Assembly: GCA_028280485.1 (NCBI GenBank)
Contig: JANQLS010000062.1
Location: forward strand, 5,899 to 69,898
Direction of reading: 5' to 3'
Length of the DNA stretch: 64,000 nt
Source of the DNA: Planctomycetota bacterium
Lineage (GTDB): Bacteria; Planctomycetota; UBA8108; JACQVS01
Part shown: positions 20,902 through 30,043 of the stretch, one piece after another
Layout: each line of letters starts with the position of its first letter
Numbering within the stretch: the stretch's first letter is position 1
Translations under genes and position numbers: made by a program
Notes under the pieces: generated by a model
Database searches by the model: none
Seen by the model: only the letters and a program-made list of their open reading frames with translations
Told to the model about the DNA's origin: nothing

Positions 20902-20963
20902 TTAACTAGCCCGAAGCGCTAGCGAGGGGAAATTTCCTCTCGCTAGCGCTTCGGGCTAGTTAA
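20902..20963. repeat. compact REP doublet hairpin, family A
   Basis: TTAACTAGCCCGAAGCGCTAGCGAG-gggaaatttcct-CTCGCTAGCGCTTCGGGCTAGTTAA with perfect 25-bp arms. Confidence 0.92.
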
Positions 20964-20993
20964 CAGGCTTTGATGTTTTGAATGGATTAAATG

Positions 20994-21034
20994 AAAAAAC
21001 GCCCTAAATGGTTAGAAACCTTCAGGGCGTTTTT
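20994..21034. terminator. probable bidirectional terminator
   Basis: AAAAACGCCCT ... AGGGCGTTTTT between convergent genes. Confidence 0.65.
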
Positions 21035-21065
21035 AATCTACATAGAACCTTAGAACTCCGATCGA

Positions 21066-22436
21066 TCAGAATCTCATGATCTTACGTTTCCTAGTGTTCC
21101 AAATCTTGATCGTACCGTCTTGGCTACCACTGACAACGGTGTTGCCGTCGGGGGTATAAACCAACGACCAAATGGCACTTTCGTGGCCATCTAAACTTTT
21201 GACTTCTTTCCCGGAGCTGACTTCCCAAACTTTGATAAGTTTATCGTAGCTACCAGAAGCTAAGGATTGCCCGTCAGGACTGAATGCAACCGAAGTAACC
21301 CAGTTTTTATGACCAGCGATCTTCTTGATTTCTTTTTTCTCTGCGAGATTCCAAATACGGATCGTGCTGTCAGCTGAACCGGTGGCTAAGGTTTTTCCAT
21401 CGGAGGAAAGGCTCATACTGAAAATACCGTCTTCGTGACCCGCTAAGGCGCCAACTTCTTTCTTCTCAGCGACGTTCCAGATCTTAACTGTTTTGTCTTG
21501 GCTTCCACTGTAGAGCGTTTTGTCGTCTTTACTGAAGGCCAAGGATCTAACTGTCGCTTTATGCCCAGCCAAAGTGCCAATCTCTTTTTTAGCGGCGATA
21601 TCCCAAAGCTTGATCGTGGCATCTTCACTACCCGTCGCCAGGATTTTTCCGTTATTTGAAAACTGAACGTAGGTAATCCAGTTTTTGTGGCCGGCTAAGG
21701 TAGCGAGCTCTTTACCACTTTTTACATCGAAGACTTTAACTTCCTTCTTGTAGGAACCGGTGGCTATCTTAGTTCCGTCAGGGCTGAAGGCGACAGCCCA
21801 TACGAGGCTGGCTTGAGCAGGAAGTTGACCCACTTCTTTCCCAGTATTGATATCCCAAAGGGTTACATTTCCGGGGCGGAAGGGAAGAGACTGACCACCA
21901 CTGGCGGCCAAGATTCCAGAACCATTGGCTAAAGCTAAACCCGTAACGCGCTCGGCTTTTCCTTTGAGGCTAGCTTTGTAGGCTTTTGGTTTTTCAACTT
22001 TCTCAACTTTAGCGACTTCTGACCATGGAAGGCCTTGATCGATCCAAGCTCTCAACAAGCCGATTTCTTTATCGGTGAGGGGATCTCCACTCGGGGGCAT
22101 TTCGATATCTTCATCCAAGCCAGCTACGTACTTGATGAAGGGGCTCTCAGCACTTTTACCCAATACGATAGAACCACCGATTTCACCACTTTTGAGGGTA
22201 GCTTCCCGTGAATCGAGGCGGTAATCACTCTTTTGCTTCTTTTCGCCGTGACAGCGGATGCAAGCTTTTTTGAGGATCGGTTCGATATGCTCAGCGTAGT
22301 TGATCTTCACCTTCGCAGCAGGCGGAAGCTCGAGAGCAGAAGTAGAAGAAGGAGAAAGAATAACTGCGAGGAGTAGAGCGAAAGAACTCCACTTCAGGGA
22401 AGTGGATCGAAGGGTGTCTACAAAGTTGTGTTGCAT
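21066..22436 (-). CDS. secreted planctomycete cytochrome c domain + WD40-repeat protein
   Basis: Signal peptide; IEPILKKACIRCHG ... EMPP ... LLRAWIDQG; about seven WD40 repeats (GH ... ATGSxDxTIKLWD). Confidence 0.93.
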   Translation of the reverse strand: MQHNFVDTLRSTSLKWSSFALLLAVILSPSSTSALELPPAAKVKINYAEHIEPILKKACIRCHGEKKQKSDYRLDSREATLKSGEIGGSIVLGKSAESPFIKYVAGLDEDIEMPPSGDPLTDKEIGLLRAWIDQGLPWSEVAKVEKVEKPKAYKASLKGKAERVTGLALANGSGILAASGGQSLPFRPGNVTLWDINTGKEVGQLPAQASLVWAVAFSPDGTKIATGSYKKEVKVFDVKSGKELATLAGHKNWITYVQFSNNGKILATGSEDATIKLWDIAAKKEIGTLAGHKATVRSLAFSKDDKTLYSGSQDKTVKIWNVAEKKEVGALAGHEDGIFSMSLSSDGKTLATGSADSTIRIWNLAEKKEIKKIAGHKNWVTSVAFSPDGQSLASGSYDKLIKVWEVSSGKEVKSLDGHESAIWSLVYTPDGNTVVSGSQDGTIKIWNTRKRKIMRF

Positions 22437-22726
22437 TTGGAGATTCCTCTGTGGATCTTCGGGTAGCTTCGACGTAGCTAAAGTACAAATAACTCAACTT
22501 CTCATTTGAGAAGCCTTTGCGCATAGGACTCTTGAGTATCGTTCCAATCTTAATATCCTTTTAATCGGAACAGCAAGAGTCTGAGTTGACGATATATCAA
22601 CTGACTATTCTACTCTTTGAAGGCGTCTTATCGGAACCCCAAGATTGAAAAGTCTTTAAGATTTCTTGAGGATTTGAAGATCTCATTTGTCTAAACCGAG
22701 CTTTCGCGAGTAAGCTAAGATCAGTT

Positions 22727-23725
22727 ATGGACCCCTCTCAACGACCGAATCCCAACACTGATCCCGCCTCCGAGAGCCTTGAAGAGAACTCTGCCCCAAA
22801 TTCTCAAGGTCCCACGGAAGGCGCAAATTCCGCTTCTGAGAATGAAGAAGCCGGGGGGATCGATGATGCAAACCCTTTAATAGACAAGAATTCGAAGACT
22901 TCTCCAGCCTCTTTTGAAGATCTATTGGACGACGAAAACCACCCGCACGATACTTTTCAAATCGAGGACATCTCCGATTATGAATTCTTCGATTCTGAAG
23001 ATGAGCATGAAGAAGGGGAAGCACTTATAGAAATCCCCCTTTCGGAAGCCGCTGCGACATTTTTTCCCGGTATCGATGGCTTACTCAATAGTACCGATGA
23101 GCTCCCTCTGATCGAATTACCTCCGGGAGAAGATTTGGTCGCCATCGGAGGAGACCTCAGCCCCGAACGTCTTCTCCAACATTACTCCAATGGCTTATTT
23201 CCTTGGTTTGAAGACAACTCCCCGATTTTGTGGTGGTCCCCGGATCCCCGCGCGATCCTGCCCCTCGACGGAGTCCATATCTCTAAGAGCCTCAAAAAAA
23301 CTTTGCGCCAAAAAAAGTTCAAAGTCACCATCGATCAGGCTTTTTTCGAGGTCATCCGCGGCTGCCAGGTCGCTCGCCGGGACGGAACTTGGATCACCGA
23401 GTCGATGATTCAAGCCTACTGCGAAATGCACCGCCTCGGATTCGCCCACTCGGTAGAAGTCTGGCAAGACGGAAAATTGGTGGGAGGGATCTACGGGATC
23501 GCATTGGGGGGATTTTTCGCAGGTGAATCGATGTTTTATAAAGTCAGTAACGCTTCAAAAATAGCCCTGATCGGTTTAGTGGATCATCTGAATGCCCAGG
23601 GCTTTGAACTCTTCGATCTCCAAATTATCAACGACCACACCCAAAGCATGGGGGGTATCGAGATCCCCAAGGCAAAATACTTCGATCTTTTACACAGCGC
23701 CCTCAGCTCACAAGTCAAATTCTAA
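22727..23725 (+). CDS. aat: leucyl/phenylalanyl-tRNA--protein transferase with an acidic N-terminal extension
   Basis: LVAIGGDLSPERLL, GLFPWF, WWSPDPR, AHSVEVW, FAGESMF, NASKIAL. Confidence 0.95.
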   Translation: MDPSQRPNPNTDPASESLEENSAPNSQGPTEGANSASENEEAGGIDDANPLIDKNSKTSPASFEDLLDDENHPHDTFQIEDISDYEFFDSEDEHEEGEALIEIPLSEAAATFFPGIDGLLNSTDELPLIELPPGEDLVAIGGDLSPERLLQHYSNGLFPWFEDNSPILWWSPDPRAILPLDGVHISKSLKKTLRQKKFKVTIDQAFFEVIRGCQVARRDGTWITESMIQAYCEMHRLGFAHSVEVWQDGKLVGGIYGIALGGFFAGESMFYKVSNASKIALIGLVDHLNAQGFELFDLQIINDHTQSMGGIEIPKAKYFDLLHSALSSQVKF

Positions 23726-23821
23726 TAAGCCCTTCAGTCAAATCCCCACCCTGATTAACAGCCACTTTTCAACATCTTTTTCAGAGTTAATAACTAGTTA
23801 AAAACCACATTTTCGAGAGTG

Positions 23822-23850
23822 TTGATATTTCGGCCAAAATTCCGTAAGGT
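23822..23850 (+). promoter_or_regulatory. putative sigma70 promoter for the MFS transporter
   Basis: TTGATA-N17-TAAGGT about 210 nt upstream of ATG 24061. Confidence 0.45.
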
Positions 23851-24060
23851 GTTCGGCTTCAAAATATTGTCCGAATGTAACAACTCAGGTACCCAGGCTT
23901 AAGCCACTATTCTTTGCCGGAACGCTCGGGAGGAGAATGGGGGAAAAGTCTCGCTCTAGAGTTACATTTCTTACATGGAGTGGGGGATAGGTGTGCATCA
24001 CACAATCACTCCAATCGATTAATCTTACCTTTGAACGTCAACGTTTCAGGAGGAGAGTTC

Positions 24061-25644
24061 ATGGATAATGGCGCCAATGCCGGTTCCGGAATCGGAGCTA
24101 AGGAAAAGTGGCTCTTTTGGGGTTGTTTTATTTCACTCATTACAACTGCGTTTGGTTTTATGATAAGAGCCGACCTCATCTTAACTGGGGTTTGGACTGC
24201 AGAATTTAACCTATCTCAAACAGAATCAGGGCAAATCTTCGGAGTAGGTCTCTGGCCGTTTGCTATCAGTATCATTCTCTTCAGCCTTATTATCGATAAG
24301 ATCGGTTATGGTTGGGCGATGGTCTTTGCCTTTATCTGTCACATACTCTCCGCTGTACTGACAATTATGGCAGATAGTTATTCGGGGCTCTATTGGGCAA
24401 CTTTCATCGTTGCATTAGGGAATGGAACAATCGAAGCGGTGATCAACCCCGTTGTTGCTACGCTATTCAACAAAGAAAAAACAAAGTGGCTGAATATCCT
24501 TCATGCGGGTTGGCCCGGCGGATTGGTTTTGGCTGGTTTTATCATGTTGGCTATGGGAGAAGGCGTAGACTGGCGTTGGAAAGTGGGTAGTATTATTGTC
24601 CCAGCAGTCGTATACGGCGTAATGCTAGCAGGAAGAAAATTCCCGATTAACGAAAGGGTCGAGGCTGGAATTTCCTATCGAGAAATGTGCAGCGAAGTTG
24701 GCTCTTTAGGAGCCCTCATCTTGGTCTTCCTAATCGTAACTGAACTCACGAATGTTTTCTTCGGCGCGACTTTTCAAGAAAATCAATGGAGTCCTTGGGC
24801 AATAAGAGGTCTAAACCTTGGTATTTCTATTGTCGTCTGTATTCCGTATGCAGCCTTCGTAAAGGGCGCGATCGGAAGGTGGATGTTCATTTTCTTGATG
24901 CTCATCATGATTCCCTTGGCAACTACGGAATTGGGAACAGATAGTTGGATTGGTGATCTAATGAACCCAGAGATGCAAAAATTAGGTCTCTCTGGTCTGT
25001 GGGTTTTGATCTACACCTCAGCCATCATGATGATCTTGCGTTTCTTTGCAGGACCGATCGTCCACAGACTTTCTCCATTAGGGTTACTAGCAATCAGCTC
25101 CCTGATCGCAGCAGCTGGATTGATCTTCTTATCAAAAGCTTCTGGATTCAGCATCCTTATCGCTGCAACCCTCTACGGATTCGGAAAGACATTCTTCTGG
25201 CCCACGATGCTCGGAGTAGTCGCCGAACAGTCACCCAAGGGTGGAGCACTATCTCTTAATGCTATCGGTGGAATGGGTATGTTAAGCGTAGGGATCATCG
25301 GAGCCGCTCTTCTTGGAAATATTCAAGATAAACAGGTGGATAAAGAGCTTAAAAGCGCGAATGAAGCCCTCCACGCAAAAGTTGTGGGGGACAGCAAGAT
25401 GTCGGTTTTTGGTTCTTACCAATCAGTTGAACCTAAAAAGCTAGAAACTGTAACCGCCGATGAAAAGAAAGAGATTGAAGGGATTCAAGGGAAGGCCAAA
25501 AAGAGCGCCCTTATGACCGTTGCAATCCTTCCTATCATCATGTTGGTTTGCTACATCCTCATGATCTTCTACTTCAAGTCGAAGGGTGGATACAAAGCCA
25601 TCGAACTCTCAACCGGTGGTGGAGGAGATTCAGGAGGTCACTAA
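24061..25644 (+). CDS. MFS transporter
   Basis: Multiple TM helices; IDKIGY, ALGNGTIEAVINP, LHAGWPGG, FFWPTMLG; ATG 24061 follows an AGGAGAG SD (ORF-track start 23914 is likely too long). Confidence 0.9.
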   Translation: MDNGANAGSGIGAKEKWLFWGCFISLITTAFGFMIRADLILTGVWTAEFNLSQTESGQIFGVGLWPFAISIILFSLIIDKIGYGWAMVFAFICHILSAVLTIMADSYSGLYWATFIVALGNGTIEAVINPVVATLFNKEKTKWLNILHAGWPGGLVLAGFIMLAMGEGVDWRWKVGSIIVPAVVYGVMLAGRKFPINERVEAGISYREMCSEVGSLGALILVFLIVTELTNVFFGATFQENQWSPWAIRGLNLGISIVVCIPYAAFVKGAIGRWMFIFLMLIMIPLATTELGTDSWIGDLMNPEMQKLGLSGLWVLIYTSAIMMILRFFAGPIVHRLSPLGLLAISSLIAAAGLIFLSKASGFSILIAATLYGFGKTFFWPTMLGVVAEQSPKGGALSLNAIGGMGMLSVGIIGAALLGNIQDKQVDKELKSANEALHAKVVGDSKMSVFGSYQSVEPKKLETVTADEKKEIEGIQGKAKKSALMTVAILPIIMLVCYILMIFYFKSKGGYKAIELSTGGGGDSGGH

Positions 25645-25673
25645 TCCTTCCTTCTGAACCTTACTACTAAAAA

Positions 25674-25710
25674 CAAAAAAGGCGACTCTCTTCGAGAGTC
25701 GCCTTTTTTG
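25674..25710 (+). terminator. rho-independent terminator
   Basis: AAAAAAGGCGACTCT-cttcg-AGAGTCGCCTTTTTT. Confidence 0.88.
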
Positions 25711-25730
25711 TTGGTTTCAAGTTCACCCCC

Positions 25731-25918
25731 GTAGGGGCAGGGCCCATTAACGGCTAACGCCAAGAAAGGGCCTGCCCGATTCCTTGATAGCCGAATTCAA
25801 TCCCCAAACATTTCATAATGCTCGGGAAACGGGCGCCCACGAGGGGTACCCGTAGCCGAACTTGTCAAAGTTTGGCTGAATACGTTAGCTGGCCAAATTT
25901 TTACAAATTCGGCTACTA
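25731..25918. repeat. GTAG-type REP-like palindromes (family C)
   Basis: GTAGGGGCAGGGCCC...CCTGCCC remnant, then GTAGCCGAA...GTTTGGC / GCCAAAT...TTCGGCTAC inverted pair. Confidence 0.6.
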
Positions 25919-25975
25919 CGAAAGACATTGATTTTAAGTTAATTCACAAGGACGGTTGTGGAGTTTAAGCAATCC

Positions 25976-26119
25976 ATTAATGAGCCCGGAGCGTAAGCGA
26001 CGGGATCCGTCATCGTGATAAATTCACATTAGACATTTTTTAGGTGAGCTAAGGAGTTTACTATCCAACCGCGAAATACTCTAGCAAAGTCCCGTCGCTC
26101 ACGCTCCGGGCTAGCTAAT
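25976..26119. repeat. REP doublet (REPIN-like), family A
   Basis: AGCCCGGAGCGTAAGCGACGGGA ... TCCCGTCGCTCACGCTCCGGGCT; spacer homologous to the copy at 39836. Confidence 0.9.
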
Positions 26120-26127
26120 AACAGTGC

Positions 26128-27243
26128 TTATTTCCGCTTGAAATACTCCAAACCATCCCTCAACGCCACATTGATCTTCTCAGTCTCGATCAAAAAGGCA
26201 TCGTGACCGTGGATACTTTCGATGCAAGTGTGGCGAACGGGGCGTCCCGCTTCGTAGAGGATTTTGCGAACTTCTTCTACTTGATAAGGAGGGCAAAGAA
26301 TATCGGAGGAAAAGGAGATGAGCTCTAAGGGACTCTCGATCCTTAATACGCCTTCTTCGTAACTTTCACAATCACCGGTCAGGTCGTGAAGATCCATTGC
26401 GCGGGAGTAATTGAGGTAAGTATTGGCATCGAAACGCCCGACAAACTTTTGGCCTTGATAGCTCAGGTAACTCTGAACTTGATAGCTCCCGCGACTGAAA
26501 TGAAGATCGGGGTCTTTAACGTCTCGCTGAAATCGCTGAGTAAACTCTTCATCGCTTCGATAAGTGATCATGCCGATCTGACGAGCTAAACTCAATCCCT
26601 TTTGAGGGGGATTGGCGGGGGAGTATCGTCCTTCATTCCAGTTGGGATCATCCATGATGGCTTGACGCTGAACGTGCCTCAACGCGATGGTTTGAGGAAA
26701 GGATCTCCCCGGCGCGCCCAGACTGATGGCTCGTTGAACTTCAGCGGGATACTTCGCCGCCCACTCCATCGCGATCATGCCTCCCATCGATCCTCCGATG
26801 AGCTGAATAGGACCTGTCTTATCCGGCCCCAAACCGATACCGCGAAGGAACAATCGAATAGATTCGATCAGATCACCGAGGACGAGTTGAGGAAAATCAG
26901 CTGAATAGGGTTGGGCAGTTTCAGGGTGGACTGAGATGGGTCCCGTCGAACCGTAACACCCTCCTAAGAGGTTGGGGCAGATCACCAAGTGACGGTCGTA
27001 ACCGAGGGGAGCCTCGGGAACAAATAGGTCTTCCCACCAGCCTTTCTCTTCCTCTCCCTCGCGACTAACGACTCGACTCAATCCGCTGAGTGCATGAAGA
27101 ACGAGAACAACATTCCCACCTCCCTCAGCGAGCTCTCCCCACGATTCATACGCGAGATGAAAGCCCGGTAAGGTCTCTCCTGAACTCAGTTCAAAAACGG
27201 AGTCGTAATTCCAGGTTTTCCAAGTGGGAGGTATAGGATTCAC
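26128..27243 (-). CDS. metX: homoserine O-acetyltransferase (MetX family)
   Basis: LAYESWG, LHALSG, NLLGGCYGSTGP, GGSMGG nucleophile, SSDILCP, HGHDAFL. Confidence 0.93.
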   Translation of the reverse strand: MNPIPPTWKTWNYDSVFELSSGETLPGFHLAYESWGELAEGGGNVVLVLHALSGLSRVVSREGEEEKGWWEDLFVPEAPLGYDRHLVICPNLLGGCYGSTGPISVHPETAQPYSADFPQLVLGDLIESIRLFLRGIGLGPDKTGPIQLIGGSMGGMIAMEWAAKYPAEVQRAISLGAPGRSFPQTIALRHVQRQAIMDDPNWNEGRYSPANPPQKGLSLARQIGMITYRSDEEFTQRFQRDVKDPDLHFSRGSYQVQSYLSYQGQKFVGRFDANTYLNYSRAMDLHDLTGDCESYEEGVLRIESPLELISFSSDILCPPYQVEEVRKILYEAGRPVRHTCIESIHGHDAFLIETEKINVALRDGLEYFKRK

Positions 27244-27607
27244 AGTGTTCGATTTTATCAGGCGGTTTTATCTTACTGAGGTTCATCGGGATGAGCTTGA
27301 TCAAGGGCTTCTCCTGGGGAGGGATGAATTCCCCGGCCCGATGAGCCAAACCCTGAATCATACCATTGTTGAAACCGATCAAAACAGTAAATTACCGCCG
27401 GTAATTCGGGTTCTTTGGCCGTTCTGTAATTTGATGCTATCCTTCTATAGCGGAAAATTTAGATTTTTATTCGGGTGAAATCTCATGGCAATAGCAAAGC
27501 GACCTCAGACTGATCATGAGGATTGAACTCAACCTTCCGCCTAAGTTCCTGTCCAATTAAATTTATCGGAGCATAAGGCTAAACTGCCCAAATCATTCAG
27601 AGCGATC

Positions 27608-28087
27608 ATGACAAGATCTTTACGATCCTTCACTCACAACTCCGGTTTCAAATTCGATAGATTCTGTCTTGTCGGTGGATTTACTCTGTTGGAACTGATG
27701 ATTGTGGTCGCCGTCATCGCCATCGTAGCCGCAGTGGCTCTCCCGAGCTTAACCAATGCGCGAATGGCCGCGAATGAGTCTTCAACTCTGCAAACGCTCC
27801 GTACTCTGGTTTCAGCTAACGAGCAGTATCGAACTCGCTTTGGTGGCTTTGCCGATTCCCTAGCCAACATCGAAAGTGCTGGTTATACAGACGCCGGCTT
27901 TAGTTCTGGAAACTCAAAATCAGGGTATACATTCAGTTATACCGGAACTCGCTGGGCCTACTCGATCAACTCGAATCCTACCACTCACAATTCGAGCGGG
28001 CGACGCTACTTCTTCGTGGATGAATCAGGAGTCATCCGCGCCGATGAATCAGCTCAAGCAACGACCACCAGCCCTCCCATCGAATAA
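27608..28087 (+). CDS. type IV pilin-like protein (prepilin N-terminal cleavage/methylation domain)
   Basis: G/FTLLELMIVVAVIAIVAAVALPSL class III signal; C-terminal GYTF...GRRYFFVDESGVI. Confidence 0.9.
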   Translation: MTRSLRSFTHNSGFKFDRFCLVGGFTLLELMIVVAVIAIVAAVALPSLTNARMAANESSTLQTLRTLVSANEQYRTRFGGFADSLANIESAGYTDAGFSSGNSKSGYTFSYTGTRWAYSINSNPTTHNSSGRRYFFVDESGVIRADESAQATTTSPPIE

Positions 28088-28332
28088 TCCCACTGAGTAA
28101 TTTTCCCAACATTTCACCCCCCTCCGAAGCCTGAATCCTCACCTTAAATAGCCGGCCATCGGATCAGCTCCCATCTTGATAAAGATATTCCTTTTCCTTC
28201 ATTGATTCTCTGAGAATCCTAGGTTCGATTCGTTTATACTCTATCGCTTGTGCCCATCGTTCGGCGGGCAATCATCAAGCAGCTTGGACCATCTGGCTCA
28301 ATCGACCCCGGTCAACTCGGAGAATAGCGTAC

Positions 28333-29160
28333 ATGCCTTCAAATTCGCAGGGTGAATTCGAACAGATCAACGGCGCGTGGATCCATCCTGGAGCCAAGAT
28401 CGGAGAAAATGTCAGCATCGGACTGGGAGCCATCATCCACGACCAGGTCACCATCGGAGATGACTGCTTCATCGGTGAGTATGCCATCATCAAAGGGCCG
28501 ACCGTCATCGGTAGTAAAAACAAAATCTACTCTCACGCCGTGATCGGCGAAGCCCCTCAAGACCTCAGCTATCAAGGTGAACCCACGCGACTTGAAATTG
28601 GGGACAACAACGTCATTCGAGAACACGTCACCATCAATCGAGGATCCGTTAAGGGCGGGGGGCTCACCAAGGTGGGAAGTCATAACTTTTTAATGATCGC
28701 TTCTCATATCGCTCACGACGTTCAGATGGGAAACCACGTTATCATCGCCAATGCTGTATTGATCGCCGGTCATTGCCACGTTCAAGACTACGTCAACATG
28801 TCGGGTGGGGTAGCCATCGGTCAATTTATTACGGTGGGAAGACACGCATTTTTGGGAGGTATGACGGCTTCTTCCAAAGACATCGAACCCTTCATGATTC
28901 ATTCAGGCCATCCAGCCTCGCCTAAGGGAGTCAATAAAATCGGCTTGCAACGAGCGGGTGTCGATGAAGATGCGATTCAAGCTTTGAAAGTAGCGCACCG
29001 AAAGATATTTGCCGCAAAAGAAAGGCCGGTCAGCCTTCCTAAGGTGAAAGAAGAGATGACAGAGAGGGGCATGCTCACCCCGAGAGTCCAAGAACTATTC
29101 GATTTCATCGATCGATCACGAAACGGCAAATTCGGCCGGATGATTCAAACGAAAGAGTGA
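28333..29160 (+). CDS. lpxA: acyl-ACP--UDP-N-acetylglucosamine O-acyltransferase
   Basis: Hexapeptide repeats, PQDLSY, IREHVTINRG, SHIAHD, GVNKIGLQR. Confidence 0.95.
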   Translation: MPSNSQGEFEQINGAWIHPGAKIGENVSIGLGAIIHDQVTIGDDCFIGEYAIIKGPTVIGSKNKIYSHAVIGEAPQDLSYQGEPTRLEIGDNNVIREHVTINRGSVKGGGLTKVGSHNFLMIASHIAHDVQMGNHVIIANAVLIAGHCHVQDYVNMSGGVAIGQFITVGRHAFLGGMTASSKDIEPFMIHSGHPASPKGVNKIGLQRAGVDEDAIQALKVAHRKIFAAKERPVSLPKVKEEMTERGMLTPRVQELFDFIDRSRNGKFGRMIQTKE

Positions 29161-29239
29161 GCGAAAGAACGTTCAACATCGAAATCAAAGGCTCGCCGAA
29201 CCTTAAACACCTTTTACGCCAGGGAAGCCCGAACCTTTA

Positions 29240-29436
29240 GGGAGTGCGTTAGCCGAAGGCTAACTTGCACGATGGAGCGAAGCGACCATTATTACTGCGG
29301 GAGTGCGTTAGCCGAAGGCTAACTTGCACGATAGAGCGAAGCGACCATTATTACTGCGGGAGTGCGTTAGCCGAAGGCTAACTTGCACGGAGCAACGCGA
29401 CCATTGGTACTGCGGAGCGAAGCGACCATTATTACT
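29240..29436. repeat. 59-bp tandem palindromic repeat (three units plus a partial)
   Basis: Unit GGGAGTGCGTTAGCCGAAGGCTAACTTGCACGAT(G/A)GAGCGAAGCGACCATTATTACTGC starting at 29240, 29299 and 29358 (third unit diverged). Confidence 0.92.
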
Positions 29437-30043
29437 TCTGCGGTTCCCACAACGTCTCATCTTTGCCGTCAATCTTTGAAGCTTGCCTAGCTGCAACGAA
29501 GAGGAAATCCGAAACGCGATTGATAAACTTTAATGCCTCTTCGCTTAAAGCCTCTTCTCGATGAACTTTAAGGGCTAATATTTCGGCTCGTCGCGCCACC
29601 GTTCGACTGTGATGAAGTCTCGCCGCTAACTCACCTCCACCCGGCAATACAAAACTTTTAAGCTCGGGTAAATCAGGCTGCCAACGATCCATGCCCTTTT
29701 CTAATCGTTCGACATCCGAAGCGCTCACTGTAGGCATGCCTTCGGTAAATTGTTGAGGGGGAGTTGCGAGATAAGCTCCGAGATCGAAGAGCTTGTTTTG
29801 CAACCAAAAGAGCTCGAACTCTAAGAACTGAAGCTCATCGCGGGGAGAAGACTTCGATTCAGAATCTGAATTTTGAACTCTTTCGAGTTCCATTCGAGCC
29901 AGCCCCAAGGTCGAGTTCAACTCATCGAGACAGCCGAAGGCTTCGATTCGAAGAGTATCTTTAGGAACTCGTTTTCCACCCACCAAAGAGGTCTCACCTC
30001 CATCCCCGGTTTTGGTATAAACCTTATTGATCCTGATGCTCAT
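29432..30043 (-). CDS. pduO: ATP:cob(I)alamin adenosyltransferase, PduO type
   Basis: VYTKTGDGGETSL, AFGCLDELNS, FVLPGG, SRTVARRAE, INRVSDFLF. Confidence 0.95.
   Translation of the reverse strand: MSIRINKVYTKTGDGGETSLVGGKRVPKDTLRIEAFGCLDELNSTLGLARMELERVQNSDSESKSSPRDELQFLEFELFWLQNKLFDLGAYLATPPQQFTEGMPTVSASDVERLEKGMDRWQPDLPELKSFVLPGGGELAARLHHSRTVARRAEILALKVHREEALSEEALKFINRVSDFLFVAARQASKIDGKDETLWEPQK

Noticed and set aside
22578..22606. Palindrome AGTTGA-N7-TCAACT as a transcription-factor site
   Set aside because: Single occurrence, no regulator nearby and no motif I can assign.
27296..27355. SAM-I riboswitch for metX (words ATCAAG...GAGGGA...GGCCCGATGA...AACC)
   Set aside because: The resemblance is on the + strand, opposite to metX; the spacing is wrong, and the GCAACC, GGTGC and closing GAT elements are missing.
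29240..29436. CRISPR array
   Set aside because: The inter-hairpin segments are near-identical rather than unique spacers, and no cas genes are present; it is a tandem repeat.
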